This document shows, piece after piece, positions 29,887 through 43,082 of a DNA stretch of 64,000 nucleotides. How positions within the stretch are numbered: position 1 is the first letter of the stretch; each line of letters begins with the position of its first letter. The stretch covers positions 62,001 through 126,000 of the forward strand of contig CAXHJY010000194.1 in assembly GCA_964016885.1 (NCBI GenBank). The letters run 5' to 3'. The translations under genes and the position numbers were made by a program. The DNA is from Eledone cirrhosa. Taxonomy: Eukaryota. The notes beneath the pieces are model-generated. The model had not been told where the DNA came from. It did no database searches and was given only the letters and a program-made list of their open reading frames with translations.

Positions 29887-30017
29887 TGTCCCCCTTGCTT
29901 CTGCTGGACACCACCAGAGGGCGTTACCCACCCACCCCCCGGTGTTTGCATAGCTACGGCTTCCTAAAATCATATTTCTTTAGAAATACGAAATTTCTAT
30001 ATATATATATATATATA

Positions 30018-30571
30018 CAGGGTGGTCCAAAAAGATGTATCCATTTTATTATCGGAAGCGAGGAGTAGACATGGATACTGTGATTTATCAGCAGGATGGA
30101 GCAACGCCGCATTGCTCCAATGCTTCACTCGAATACCTCCATCATTACTTCCCTGAAGACAGGCTCATCTCCCGTCGTACGGATCACCCTTGGCCTGCAC
30201 ATTCTCCAGACCTATCCTCTTTGGATTATTTTCTGTGGGGATACCTAAAAGACAGGGTCTATGCTAACAATCCCGAAACTATTGATGCGCTCAAGAATAA
30301 CATTCGAACAGAGATCAGGAGAATTCCCCATGACATGTTGGACAGAGTCATTACAAACTTCAATGTGCGAGTAGCCACAGTGATTCAGCGTCAAGGAGCT
30401 TGGATTGAGCACATTATAAACTATTGAGCTGTGCTCGCAAAATGGTGGTATGCGAGGAAAAAACTTACACCACACAAAACTTACAGGTCTATGAAAAAAA
30501 ATTGTAAAGTTTTCCTTTCAATAGAAAATGCTACTTTATCAAAAATGGATACATCTTTTGGGACCACCCTG
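30018..30571 (+). mobile_element. Internally deleted Tc1/mariner element (DD41D/rosa-like) retaining the transposase C-terminus
   Basis: 30-bp TIRs CAGGGTGGTCC(A/C)AAAAGATGTATCCATTTT with 1 mismatch, TA on both sides; ORF 30035-30427 QQDGATPH...WPAHSPDLSSLDYFLWGYLK. Confidence 0.95.
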
Positions 30572-31643
30572 TATATATAAAGAGAGAGAGAGAGAGTAAA
30601 TGTGTTTGGCATTAGTAAGGGCATCCAGCTATTGAAACCAATACCAGAATCAGTTCTGTATGAGCAAGCCTTAGTCATCTGATCTGGCTTGTCTCACAAC
30701 GAGACAACTCTTCTAACCCATGCTAGTATGGCAAAATGGCTGTTAAACAGTGATGATGAGGGTATATATATATATATATATAATTGTTAACGAAGATCGT
30801 TGATATCATGTTAACGGTCCCTGACCAACATCTAGCTCACTCATTCAATCTGCCAAATTGCAGAAATGCAACTGCAACTAGCTGTTCAGAATGAACACAT
30901 TTTAGTTAATAGCAAGTACGGTGGCTGTGTTTTGGTTGAGATAAAAGTAAAAATCTCAACTCATATATATATATGACAAAAATAAGTTCTTTCTTTATAA
31001 ACACATTGAGCTTAAATCTTCTTAATCGCAATTTCTCTTCAACTAACTCTATTTTCTTTTTATTCTATATCTTTCTTTTTATATATTATTTTTTCTTAAA
31101 TATATAAGAAAGAAAATATATATACATGTTTGTATATATATGCCTATGTAGTTTTTGTGTTATATATATATATATGTATAAAAATTTCACAAGAAGAGAT
31201 ATCTGCCTTATTACAACATGTCAAGATGATCCAAAGCTCAATATGTGTTATTACAAAATCAAACATGGATGGTAAAATCCATAGAGTAAGTTCCAATAAT
31301 TGCACTTACATTACATCACAAAGCATGAACAGTGAATAATAAACCAAGGGTATGGGTGCTACTACACCTTTACCCTTGGTTTATTATCTACTATATATAT
31401 ATATATATATATATATAGATAGATAGATAGATACACACACACATACAGTGAGAGATAGAGCACTCAATCTGGGGGACAAGTCGTATTATATAGATATTTA
31501 TCTCTATCTCTCTCTCTCTTGCAATATAACTATATATATAAGTATAAAGAAAGTGCTCAAGTGCAGAAATGCTATAAAGATAGATAATATAATAGGGTGA
31601 AGACCCTTAAAAGACGGAAAAAGAAGTTGCCATCGGCTGATTT

Positions 31644-31675
<32 letters not shown>

Positions 31676-31682
31676 TTGTATA

Positions 31683-31838
<156 letters not shown>

Positions 31839-31910
31839 GTATATATATGTATATGTATATATATATGTGTGTGAGTATTGAAGTTTGCTTGAAGCATTGT
31901 GGAATAATAA

Positions 31911-32453
31911 GGTATATTTCTTTAGGTCGTTTTGGAAGCCTCAACAATGCAGATGGGTAAAACTCTGAGTAACAAGATCCGGTGGTGGAGAGAGAGATGT
32001 AAGTGAATGTAGGTTGAGATGTGTAGCGTGTAGAAGAATGTAGGAAAGAGCGTAAAGGATAAAAATAATAACACGAGATAGAGTTACCTTGGGAGAGATT
32101 TAATTGTCCCTATATATTTCGGATTCACATCCATTAACTGGGAGGGGGGGTTGTCTGTCGGAAAGGTGCGAAACGTGTCCTCCGCTGTTCGTTGTTTTGA
32201 ATATCCGACAGACAACCCCCCCCCCCCCGAAAAAACCCCAGTTGATGGATGTGAATCCGAAATATATAGGGACAATTAAATCTCTTCCAAGGTAACTCTA
32301 TCTCGTGTTTTCGCTCTTTCCTACATTCTTCTACACGCTACACATCTCAACCTACATTCACTTACATCTCTCTCTCCACCACCGGATCTTGTTACCCGGA
32401 GTTTTACCCATCTGCATTGTTGAGGCTTCCAAAACGACCTAAAGAAATATACC
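31911..32453. repeat. Long inverted repeat, arms about 250 bp (31911-32162 and 32204-32453), 41-bp spacer
   Basis: Arms read as reverse complements; both carry a hammerhead 3' half TGGAT-GTGA-ATCC-GAAA-TATA-TA-GGG. Confidence 0.92.
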
Positions 32454-32959
32454 ATATATATATCAGCCGATGTTTCATACCCAAGAAAGTATATAAGATA
32501 TAGACTTATTTTGTCTTAGCACCGTGTGAATAAATGTCACTGATGATGGATAAAAATTCCAGAACAATTGTCAGGTATTCCCACTGGCTGCTTAGATAGC
32601 TGTGACTTTAATAGTGGTACTCTTGTATGTTTATTGTACATTAACAGAAGTACGTGATGTCGTTCAGGAAGGAGAAGACTCACATTTCTGAACTACTGTG
32701 AAGCCACGTGGCTGAGTGGTTATAGAATTGAATTCATAATCGTGAGGTTGTAAGTTCGATTCCCGGACCAGGCGATGTGTTATGTCCTTGAGCAAGACAC
32801 TTTATTTCACGTTGCTCCTCCTGCCTCGATTTGTGACCGATAGATAGTATTAGCAATTGAAAAGAGCAATGGAAACATTGTTTCCCCAGTCCAATTTGAC
32901 AAACTCCACTCCGCTCGTTAAGTGAACGAGGTCTGGGATCGTGTTGATCGACTGTTTCC

Positions 32960-33200
32960 TTCCTGTAAAGGTATCTACTCCTCAGAGCTGTCACCTTCAC
33001 TCTGATATTCCCATCTCACTCATCTTTCCTCTCATCACACATATGTACAAATTCCACAGATCCTGCAATAACCACTATACACAATCCTTCCTCCCAGAAT
33101 GTCATCCCTCTGGAATTCTTTCCTAGCAACAATATATATAACTAATTCCTGGTGACCTTGTGATCTGTGACATCTGGACTTCACCACAAACTTCTTTCAC
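32960..33200 (+). mobile_element. Decayed CR1/Jockey-group LINE 3' fragment
   Basis: NNHYTQSFLP then, after a frameshift, SLWNSFL, resembling the SF.PR...LWN.LP terminal motif. Confidence 0.45.
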
Positions 33201-33227
33201 AAGTGTTTGTTTTGTAAATACACAGCT

Positions 33228-33550
33228 ATTGCTGTTGTTCTTGTTTTTTGTTGTTGTTGCTGTTGCTATTGTATCTGTTATTGTGGGTTGTTGTTATTGT
33301 TGTTATTGCTGCTCTTGTTGTTGCTGTTGTTGCTATTGCTGCTGTTGTTGATGTTGTTGGAATTACTACTGCTGTTGATATTAATATTACTACTACTGCT
33401 GCTGTTTTTGTTGTTGCTGTTATTGTTGCTATTGCTGTTGTTGTTGTTGCTATTACTACTGATACTGTTGTTGATGTTGCTATTGCTACTACTACTACTG
33501 TTGCTTTTGCTGTTGCTGTTATTGTTGCTACTGCTACTGTTGTTGTTACA
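33228..33550. repeat. Degenerate (TTG/CTG)n trinucleotide tract
   Basis: Direct inspection. Confidence 0.9.
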
Positions 33551-34065
33551 TTTCCTTTAAATACCATCTTGCTACTCTAATCTAGATAATCTTAGGGTGT
33601 GTTTAACATGACAGCCTTTAATGAAATTGAATTGTTGGTCAGACTGTTTGATGGAAATCTCTGACCAAACTAGGCTATCTGCTGGGTGTGTTTGATGAAA
33701 ATGTTTGGTCAGACAAAGCCTGTCAACTGGGTGTGTTTGATGAAAACCTCTGGTGAAGCTGTTTAATGAAATTGACTTGTTGGTCAGATCATTTGATGAA
33801 ACTGTTTGGTCAGGCCATCTCCTGGCTGTGTTTGATGAAAATGTCTGATTAAGCTCTTCAGTCTATTTGATGGATGTTTTTGATGTAACTGGTTTTGATG
33901 AAACTGATTGATGAATCTGACAAGATCTCTCTGCTTGATGTGTTTGATGAACATGATAGTGACATTGTTTGGTGTAATATTTTATGAAACCATTTGGTTA
34001 GGTCAGCTGGGTGAACCTTTTAACATGATAGTTGGTGAGAATGTTTTATAGGACTGTTTGATCAA

Positions 34066-34513
34066 CCCTTTTGTTACTATATTTCTAATAGAAGACACTG
34101 CCTATGATTTTCAAATGATTTAAAAAATAATCAAGAATTTAAAGAGATTTACTGATGTAACTCATGTTCTCATTATTAAGCTGGTGTTTGGAAAACAATT
34201 TAATAAGGGTTCTTACATAAAAGTTGAGATGAAAGGTTTTAAATAAATATTAACACTTTCTCATTATTAGTCGATAACATAAAGTACCTGTAATGCATTG
34301 GGGTAGATTTAATAAACTTTCCTCTTCTCTCAATATTGTTGACCTTGTGCCTAAATCAGAAACCATTATTAAACTGGTGTTTGGAACATAACTTAACAAA
34401 GGTTCTTACATATAATTATTATGAAAGGTTTTAGATAAATATAAATACTTTAAAGCAACCAGTTTTGTATAATAAAATCAAGGGTGGTTTCAGGTGGCTT
34501 AGTATCAAAAGGG
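34066..34513 (-). mobile_element. piggyBac-like MITE with an internal SINE fragment; related copies at 35361-35594(+) and about 1052-1180(+)
   Basis: Ends CCCTTTTG(T/A)TACT and AGTATCAAAAGGG, flanked by TCAA and TTAA. Confidence 0.6.
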
Positions 34514-35030
34514 TTAACTGTATCTGATGAAATTAGTTGGTTAAAATGTTTGATGGAAATAGCAAGTGTTTCTACAATATATACATTCATTCATAAGTGA
34601 GTGTATATATAGAAAATGTTGGTGTGTAAGTGTGAATGTAAATATCTTGTACCTTTACAACTTGAGTATGTATATATATGTATATAAATGTGTGTGTGTG
34701 TATGTGTTCTACACACACATATATATAAACATGTGTGGGTATGTATGTGCACATGTATGCATCTGTGAGTATATATATATATATATATATAAATATATAT
34801 ATATACTTTAGTGCTGACTCTATCTATGATGACTTGTCTAACCCTTGTTAGCAGGGAAAATGTATGTTAAATGACAATGATAATGATGATAATATATGTG
34901 TGCTGTGTGTTAGTTTGTGGGTCACTCATTGATGTAATACTGCTGACCCTGCGTCCCTGAAGCTATATTGCATGAACACAGACACCCTCAACACCAACTT
35001 TTGGTTTCTTTCTCTTCTCTCTCTCCCTAG

Positions 35031-35066
35031 GTATGTGTTGTATTTTTCCACGCAGACTCTCCAAAG
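35031..35066 (+). CDS. Candidate 36-nt symmetric (phase 1-1) microexon: (G)MCCIFPRRLSK(G)
   Basis: Strong pyrimidine tract tttctttctcttctctctctccctag, possible branch point ctcaac near 34987, donor AAG|gtagtg. In frame between exons 23160-23212 and 38372-38401. Confidence 0.6.
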
Positions 35067-35767
35067 GTAGTGTTTAAACCATCGTTTTGTTCCTTACTCT
35101 TTCATTTGCTTCCTCAACCAGATATCTTCTGCCTTCCTGAATGGTTTATTTAAACTACGACGTCTGTGAACCTAACACCACTGTAGGCTTAAATCCTAAT
35201 CTTTCTAGCTATCCTCTCACAAATCCTTATTCCTTGTAGTCACCTCTCAACACAAACCCTTTCCTTGTTGTTCTAAACCTAATTCTAACCTAAAATTATA
35301 ATATTTTTTTATGTTTATTTCTGATAATTTTCATAAATTCTTAATGGGATATTCTTATAACCCTTTTGATAACAATCTGCCCAAAACTACTTCTGGTTCT
35401 ATGAGACTAAACCACATATTTTGAAAGGTTCCTATCTAAATTAAAATCTTGCAACATAATTTGATATAGGGACCTTTTGTTATGTTACAAAATATCATTT
35501 CAATTAAATATTGGATAATTTTATGAATTCCTCCAAATTGTTCATTAATTACTGCAAATACAATATATTTCATTAGAAATATAGTAATTAAAGGGTTAAA
35601 GATATTTCCTAAATTTAGTTCATTTCCTGTGAAATGTCACACAGGCAATGCTGGTGAAATTGTTCAAGGAGATTAATGTGCCTGTGATAGACAACCCAGG
35701 TTTCACAGAAATATAATGAGCAAAATGCATGGTCTGTCAACTTCCACCATTTATAATATATATACAC

Positions 35768-35998
35768 ACAAATATAGAGCCATCTCGATTAAGGCTCAGA
35801 ATTGACTACACGAAGACCGCTGTAAAGCACTCTAAAATAAAGAACCTCACTAGTGTATCCCTAGAGGAAAAAAATTCTTATAACAGTTATAAGAATTTTT
35901 TTCCTCTAGGGATACACTAGTGAGGTTCTTTATTTTAGAGTGCTTTACAGCAATCTTCCATGTAGTCAATTCTGAGCCTTAAATGGTTCTATATTTGT
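35768..35998. repeat. Near-perfect palindrome with arms of about 115 bp centred on 35885
   Basis: ...GGAAAAAAATTCTTATAAC-A-GTTATAAGAATTTTTTTCC...; the inner arms match perfectly and mismatches appear outward. Confidence 0.95.
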
Positions 35999-36549
35999 AT
36001 TTATAAGCTTCTCTGGGTTATATTCTAAGCAATATTATTCATGAGATGTAATGTATATTACTGACTAAATCTTAAATATATACATATATATATATATATT
36101 ATAAAGAGTTGGGACCCCAACGGCTGAGCTCTTGCCATTTCAAATTATGTATATATATATATATTGAGTAAAAACATTATTTTGTTTTGTTTTGACATCT
36201 TTTTAACCCCTACCACCTTTATATTTCTACTTGCATTGTACCGGCTTTGCAAACACCTTATCATTTATTACACATTGTTGTAATTTGGGAGGGTCATGCT
36301 GACCATAAAAACACATGTACCATTTCAATTTCACTTCAATTTATTATTAGTTAAGTAACTAATCCATCTATTGGTTAGTTTATTAACCTGGTGGCATTTT
36401 TTTATTATTAATTGCCAAAGATCTTTCATCACATATCTTGTGACCTTCTCAATGACTACCCTTGATCCTTCGTGTCTCCTCTTTGTTCTGATCTTGTTCT
36501 GTCTACTCCACATGTACACATACACACACATATATATATGTGTGTGTAC

Positions 36550-36765
36550 ATGTACAATTCAGTATACAATGCAAATGTTCTGTCTATTCTCTTATATTCC
36601 TGTGAAACCTGGGTTGTCTGTCTTAAGTACATTAAACTCCTTGAACAGTTTCACCAGTATTGCCTGTGTGATACTCTCAGGGTTCAATGGAGTACACACA
36701 CAGCAGACACTGAAATATTACCAAATGCATGTGTTGTCAGCATTGAAGATTACATTCACAACCAG
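36550..36765 (+). mobile_element. Old RTE/BovB-type LINE C-terminal fragment
   Basis: VYNANVLSILLYSCETW...KLLEQFHQYCL..L.VQW......TEIL..A...SIE. Confidence 0.8.
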
Positions 36766-37611
36766 GTGATGGTAGTGGTGGTGGTGGTAGTAGTAGTGGT
36801 AGTAGTAGTAGTAGTAGTAGTAGTAATAGTAGTAGTTGAAATGGTGTCTAATTTATGTATAAAGCCAGCAATTAGAGTGGGATTTGATTAAATACTTAAT
36901 TGGTACTTCATTTTATTGACTCTGGAAAAATGAAAAATAAAATTGGCCTTGGCAGAATTTGAACTCAGGACATAAAAGAAATACTATGACTAGAAGCTGC
37001 AAAAAAGGAAAGGAAGGAATCATCACATCAGATAAAGAAAGCAATATTTCTTTTGGTCTTTCCATTGCTGTTACTCTCTGCTAGTTGTAACTCCTAGCAG
37101 AAGAAAGGGGTGAATCATTAGACTGGACCAAGGAAACACTGTTTCTATTGGTCTTTCCATTGCTGATGTTATCTGTCAGTCATAATTCCTGGCAGAAGAA
37201 AAGAGCTGATTATCACATTAGATTAAGTAAACAATGTTACGATCTTTCCATTGCTGAAACTCTCTGTCAGTCATTATCTCCTGGCTGAAGGAACAATATG
37301 AAATACATTACATATATTGCTCAACAACATGACTTGCCACCCAGTCCAGGAATCCAACCCACAACCTTATGAATGTTAGTCCAACACCCCAACCACTAGC
37401 CCACATACCTTCACATGTGAGAATACTGTTTGAGTTGAAGTGAATCAATAGTCAGTATAGAGCAACAGCACTTTATCTATGACCTACATAGACAGGTTGA
37501 GAAATGATCGCTAAAACCACACTTTCTTCTGTGATGACTTAATTCATGTGAAGCAATGTTGAAGAAACTCTTAGTGATAGAGACACAGAGAGATATATGT
37601 ATGTATATGTG

Positions 37612-37652
<41 letters not shown>

Positions 37653-37838
37653 GAGAGAGAGAGAGACAAACACACACATATATATATATATGTATAGTAA
37701 GAGAGACAGAGAGAAAGAGACGATTAGATATATATGTATATATATCTGTTTGTCTAACTAAGAGTTTTTTTACATAGAGTACTTTTTCCTTCTTGTTGAC
37801 TCTCTTACTACATATATGCAGACATATATATACATACA

Positions 37839-37869
<31 letters not shown>

Positions 37870-37915
37870 TATATATACATATATATATATTATATATACA
37901 TATATATATATATGT

Positions 37916-37984
<69 letters not shown>

Positions 37985-38371
37985 TACATATAATATATAT
38001 ATACATTCATATTTGTACTCACACACATATATAGAGAGAGAGGTCGGGGAGAAAGAGAGGTTTGTAACTTTGTGTAACCACGGAGAAAATTAGGGGATCT
38101 TTGTCGGAAAACATTGCATAGTATTGCTGCTGCTGTCGTTGCTGCTGCATGGTGCAACAGAGATGTCAGAATGCATTAAAGTGCATGATAAGAAATTTCA
38201 GTTACACTGCATTATGTTGCACAGTTAACATGCATGGCTATCACTTGGCATCAAGTATGATTGTTCACCAAATTGACATCTGTGCATGATTCCTATAATG
38301 CAAGGTTTATGCTTGTTGAAATCGAGAAAGTATAGAGTTGTTGATGATTCTTATTGATGTTGTTGTTGCAG

Positions 38372-38401
38372 GTCTATTGAAAGGATCTTTGTTTGATCAG
38401 G
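38372..38401 (+). CDS. Candidate 30-nt symmetric (phase 1-1) microexon: (G)LLKGSLFDQ(E)
   Basis: Acceptor gttgttgttgcag, donor AGG|gttagc; keeps frame between the flanking phase-1 exons. Confidence 0.55.
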
Positions 38402-41400
38402 GTTAGCTCCCTTGTTAACATTACAGTTACATTAGCGGCCAATACAAACATCAAATATAAAAAAAGATGTCGAAATTTCATAACTATATATATATATATA
38501 TATATTTTTCTCTCTCTCTATATATATATAGCTGCCAGTTTACCACATCAATTAACATATATGTATTTATAGACATATATGTTTGTATGTATGTATGTAT
38601 TTTTTTGTGGAGCCAGAAACTCCTAGTCTTCATTAAGTCATCTCTCTAGGAGAAGGTCACTCTGATATAAAACGTGCAGCTTCGTTTGCATCCAATGATG
38701 CAGACAAGTACTTCTTTTAGGGCAAATGCATTCGATGTTCAGAAAGTGGGAATTGCCCCATGCAAAGCCTTTCCTTACTTTTAAAAAAACCTTCAAGCAA
38801 TGGTATCGCTTGATACGTGCCATTTTTTTGCGATCTGTGGTATTGCTGGCCATAAGCAAGGCCCTAGCAAGAGTAAAAAGCCATGTCCGTGATGCTCATG
38901 CTTAAGTATCAAGCAATGGCATTACTCAAAATCGAGTTGCAGCCATCATCATCATGTATGTATTTAGGTATGCTCTGTAAAGTGGTTCACAGTTGGGTTT
39001 CCAGCCATAGAAACACTACCAAAAATGGTATGTATGTTCACGATGAGGTCTCTCCGACTTGTCTAGTCTCAGATTGTGATACTCTGTCTAAATCATGCTA
39101 ACATAGGGAGCAGATATAAAATGATGGACAATTTCTTCCATACTCTCAATGTTAACACCCAAATTATCCCATTAGAAATTAATAAAACAGATATTATCAA
39201 TAAAAATCAATATATTATGTAATATTTATACAGTAATTATTGTCAGTTCACGTGACCTTTCATAACCTTAATGAGGTCACACAGTGTAGTCACAGAGTGA
39301 GGTTACATAAACCACACAGTAAGTTCACACATTAAGGCCACACAAGGATGTCTCTCAGTAAAGTCACATCATAAGGTTACTCAGTAAATGCACCTCATAA
39401 AATCACACCATAAAGTCGCACCATAAAGTTACACCATAAAGTCGCACCATAAGTTCACAGTAAAGTCATGCCGTAAGGTCACACTGTAAGGTTGCACAGT
39501 CATCCATGAAGCATCTATCCTAGTTCTTCAGTACCCAGGTAGTCTGTAGTGGGTTACCATGGTGCCTGTAGCAGGCTTGGTTGGGGTTGATAATCAGAGA
39601 ATTTAACTGTTGTGTTCAAGCTCTTGGCATGACACAGAGTATGATAAGGCTAGCTCTTTGAATTACAGGTACAGTCCATCTTGTTTTATAGGGTTTGTAG
39701 CTGAGGATTCTAAAGATATGTGTATCTTTAATCTCTCAGGGAGATTCAACATGACACAGTGTGTGTGAGAAGGGGCGCCCTTTAAATTTCAGGTACGACT
39801 CGAAGAACACTGGAGCATGAAATAAAGTGAATTTAAAACATTTTTATTTGTCTTACATATCTTACATGTTTCAACAGAGGAATTTTAAAGGATATGGTAA
39901 ATGGAAGAATTTTATTTACGCTACATTGTGTGTATGTGCATATATATATATAAGGATGTTCTGCCATTTCCATCTACCAAATTCCATTCACAAGATAATG
40001 GTGAACCTGAGGCTATAGTAGAAGACACTTGCCCCAGGTGCCACAGACTATAATTGAGCCCAGAACCGCATGGTTGTGAAGTACACTTCTTAACCATATA
40101 GTCACTCTTGCACATATTGTTTTCATATTTTTATCAAAAGTGTTAAAACTTTATGATACATTATGGAATTCTTATTGAATTTTAAATTTTTTTACTAAAA
40201 TTTTATTTCAAAGAAATTAACATTGAAGACCCTCTCTAAGATATCATTTTTTTCTTTCATTCTTCCTTCCTACTTCTTCACCAATTCCTCCTCCTTCTGA
40301 CTTCTTTCTTTCTTTCTCTACACTCCCTCTGCCAACACTACCACCATTATACACCACGAGCACTAACCACCACTATACACCAGCACAACTGTACAATATC
40401 ACCACCAGCACTACTGCTACTTCTACTACTACTACAAATATAGTGGTGGTGGTAGTAGTAGTAAACCTTTTGTCATGAATCACAGTGTTTTATATATATA
40501 TATAATAATAATAATAAATACAAGAATTCTGAAAGAAATTTAAGACATTTTTATTAGTCTTACACATGTTTCAACAAAGGAAAAATGAAAAACATGGTAA
40601 ATAGAAAATTTTTATTTAAGCTGCAACATTGATGGAGTTTTTATTTAGGAAATATTCTTAAGACAGAGTTACTTTTACATTATTGTTAGTAATCATGCAA
40701 TGATCCTCATACAATTATGTAATGTCAGTAGATATGCTGCTGGTATGGTATAACTATCTTGGTATGATGTTCAATTATGTAAAAGTAATTCTGTCTTAAC
40801 AATATTTTGTGTATATGTATATATAACAATTTGTAAACAAGCCGCTACTAGTTTTTAAACTTAGCGTCTTATAGTTTAATGGGTTATCTTGATGTTCTGG
40901 TGACTCTCAGATGTTTTTTCTCAAGGAAATCTCCTTGTACAAAATATGTATTTTTTAATGTCTGTGGATAAAAATGTAATGTAAAATTATGTTAAGATTC
41001 ATTAATCATATGTATAATTATCCCTATATACAATAATTGTTTCTACTTTAGGCACAAGGCCAGCAATTACCCAGTGCATTACTGGTACTTTATTTTATCG
41101 ACCCCGTAAGGATGAAAGGCAAAGTCAACCTTGGCAGGATTTGAACTCAGATCGTAAAGGGACGTAACTATGCTGGAAAGCATGGAGTCCGACCCTCTAC
41201 CGATACTGCCAATCCACCGCCCTCATCCCTATATACAATAATGCAGCTTAAATTAAATTATTCTATTTCCTACATTCTTCATAATTCCTGTATTTATTAT
41301 TTAAATGCTTTGTGCCACTTGCACTTAAACAATAACCTGGATTTGTTTACCTAAAGTTTAAATACCTTATTCCACGTGGATTACACAGATGAATAGGTTG

Positions 41401-41775
41401 GTTCTATTTACTGATTATTGAACTACATTGAGCTTGAAATTTCCTTGGTATAACTTTAATAACTTGATTTTTCTTTACCTTTATATATATATATAAACAA
41501 GAAGTGTAAATCAACAGGTTAAAATTAACTTCGTTTATTCATAGTCACTGTTATATATATTTTGGTGATAACCATTATACAACAGCTATGACCTCATCAG
41601 GCAGTTAGAATTTGAACAGAAAAATATAACGAAGGAATAAAGCTTACTTCTGCTATTTTGATTTTTCGATATGTTCCATGATGAAATTTGGTGTTAATTT
41701 CTCAAGGCACCGGTAGCATCTATATATATATATATATATATAGTTAAAAGAATAGAGGTGTAACACACAAGTTAT

Positions 41776-42279
41776 TATATATTGGTAAACGGAATAGAAA
41801 ATGCTGACAAATTGTTCACAGTTGAAAAATGGTTTAATTAGGAATAAAAGAGTATTAGTGATTGTATGGGTTAGTATTCAGTTGTGGTTTTAAGTTTTTA
41901 AGTTTTTACCGGTTGCGCATTTCTAAATGCTTTTCAAAAATAATTTTGAGATAGAGTGTCCGTGCTGTTTGCTCTGATCTGATTAGTTTTGGGAATTCTA
42001 CCTGTTTTTATGTTAAAAAAGTGGCTCCAGCGTTATTTTTGTGTTGCAAAAATGTTTGTGGTCAAAACAATTTTGATTGGTCGGTAGAGGTCATGTGAAT
42101 GTAAAAAGTTGATTTTGCGCCAAGACTGTTTTTATGTTAAATAAGTGGCTCCAGCAAAAATTCTTGGTCAAAACAATTTTGATTGGTCGGTAGAGGTCAT
42201 GTGGATAAAAAATTGGTTTTGCGCCAAGATTGAGAAATGACTCTTTCACAACAAATATGTGTGTGTGTGTGTGTATGTG

Positions 42280-42316
<37 letters not shown>

Positions 42317-42392
42317 AGTAGTAGTAGTAGTAAGGTGTTCGATGCTGCGACAATGGCCAGCAGCGATGTGTGTCAAATGGCTATTAAGATAA

Positions 42393-42425
<33 letters not shown>

Positions 42426-42532
42426 GCAGAGTCATTCGAAGGTCAAAAAATATTTGTGTGTGTGTGTGTGTGTGTTTGACACACATCACTGCTGGCCATT
42501 GTCGCAGCATCGAACACCTTACTACTACTACT

Positions 42533-42594
<62 letters not shown>

Positions 42595-43039
42595 ACACAC
42601 ACACACACATATTTGTTGTGAAAGAGTCATTTCTCAATCTTGGCGCAAAACCAATTTTTTATCCACATGACCTCTACCGACCAATCAAAATTGTTTTGAC
42701 CAAGAATTTTTGCTGGAGCCACTTTTTTAACATAAAAACAGTCTTGGCGCAAAATTGTTTTGACCACAAGCATTTTTGCAACACAAAAATAACGCTGGAG
42801 CCACTTTTTTAACATAAAAACAGGTAGAATTCCCAAAACTAATCAGATCAGAGCAAACTGCACGGACACTCTATCTCAAAATTATTTTTGAAAAGCATTT
42901 AGAAATGCGCAACCGGTAAAAACTTAAAAACTTAAAACCACAACTGAATACTAACCCATACAATCACTAATACTCTTTTATTCCTAATTAAACCATTTTT
43001 CAACTGTGAACAATTTGTCAGCATTTTCTATTCCGTTTA

Positions 43040-43049
<10 letters not shown>
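41776..43049. repeat. Fold-back inverted repeat, arms 41776-42377 and 42475-43049, 97-bp spacer
   Basis: Arms are near-identical reverse complements apart from an extra internal sub-repeat in the left arm; TA-rich flanks. Confidence 0.95.
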
Positions 43050-43082
<33 letters not shown>

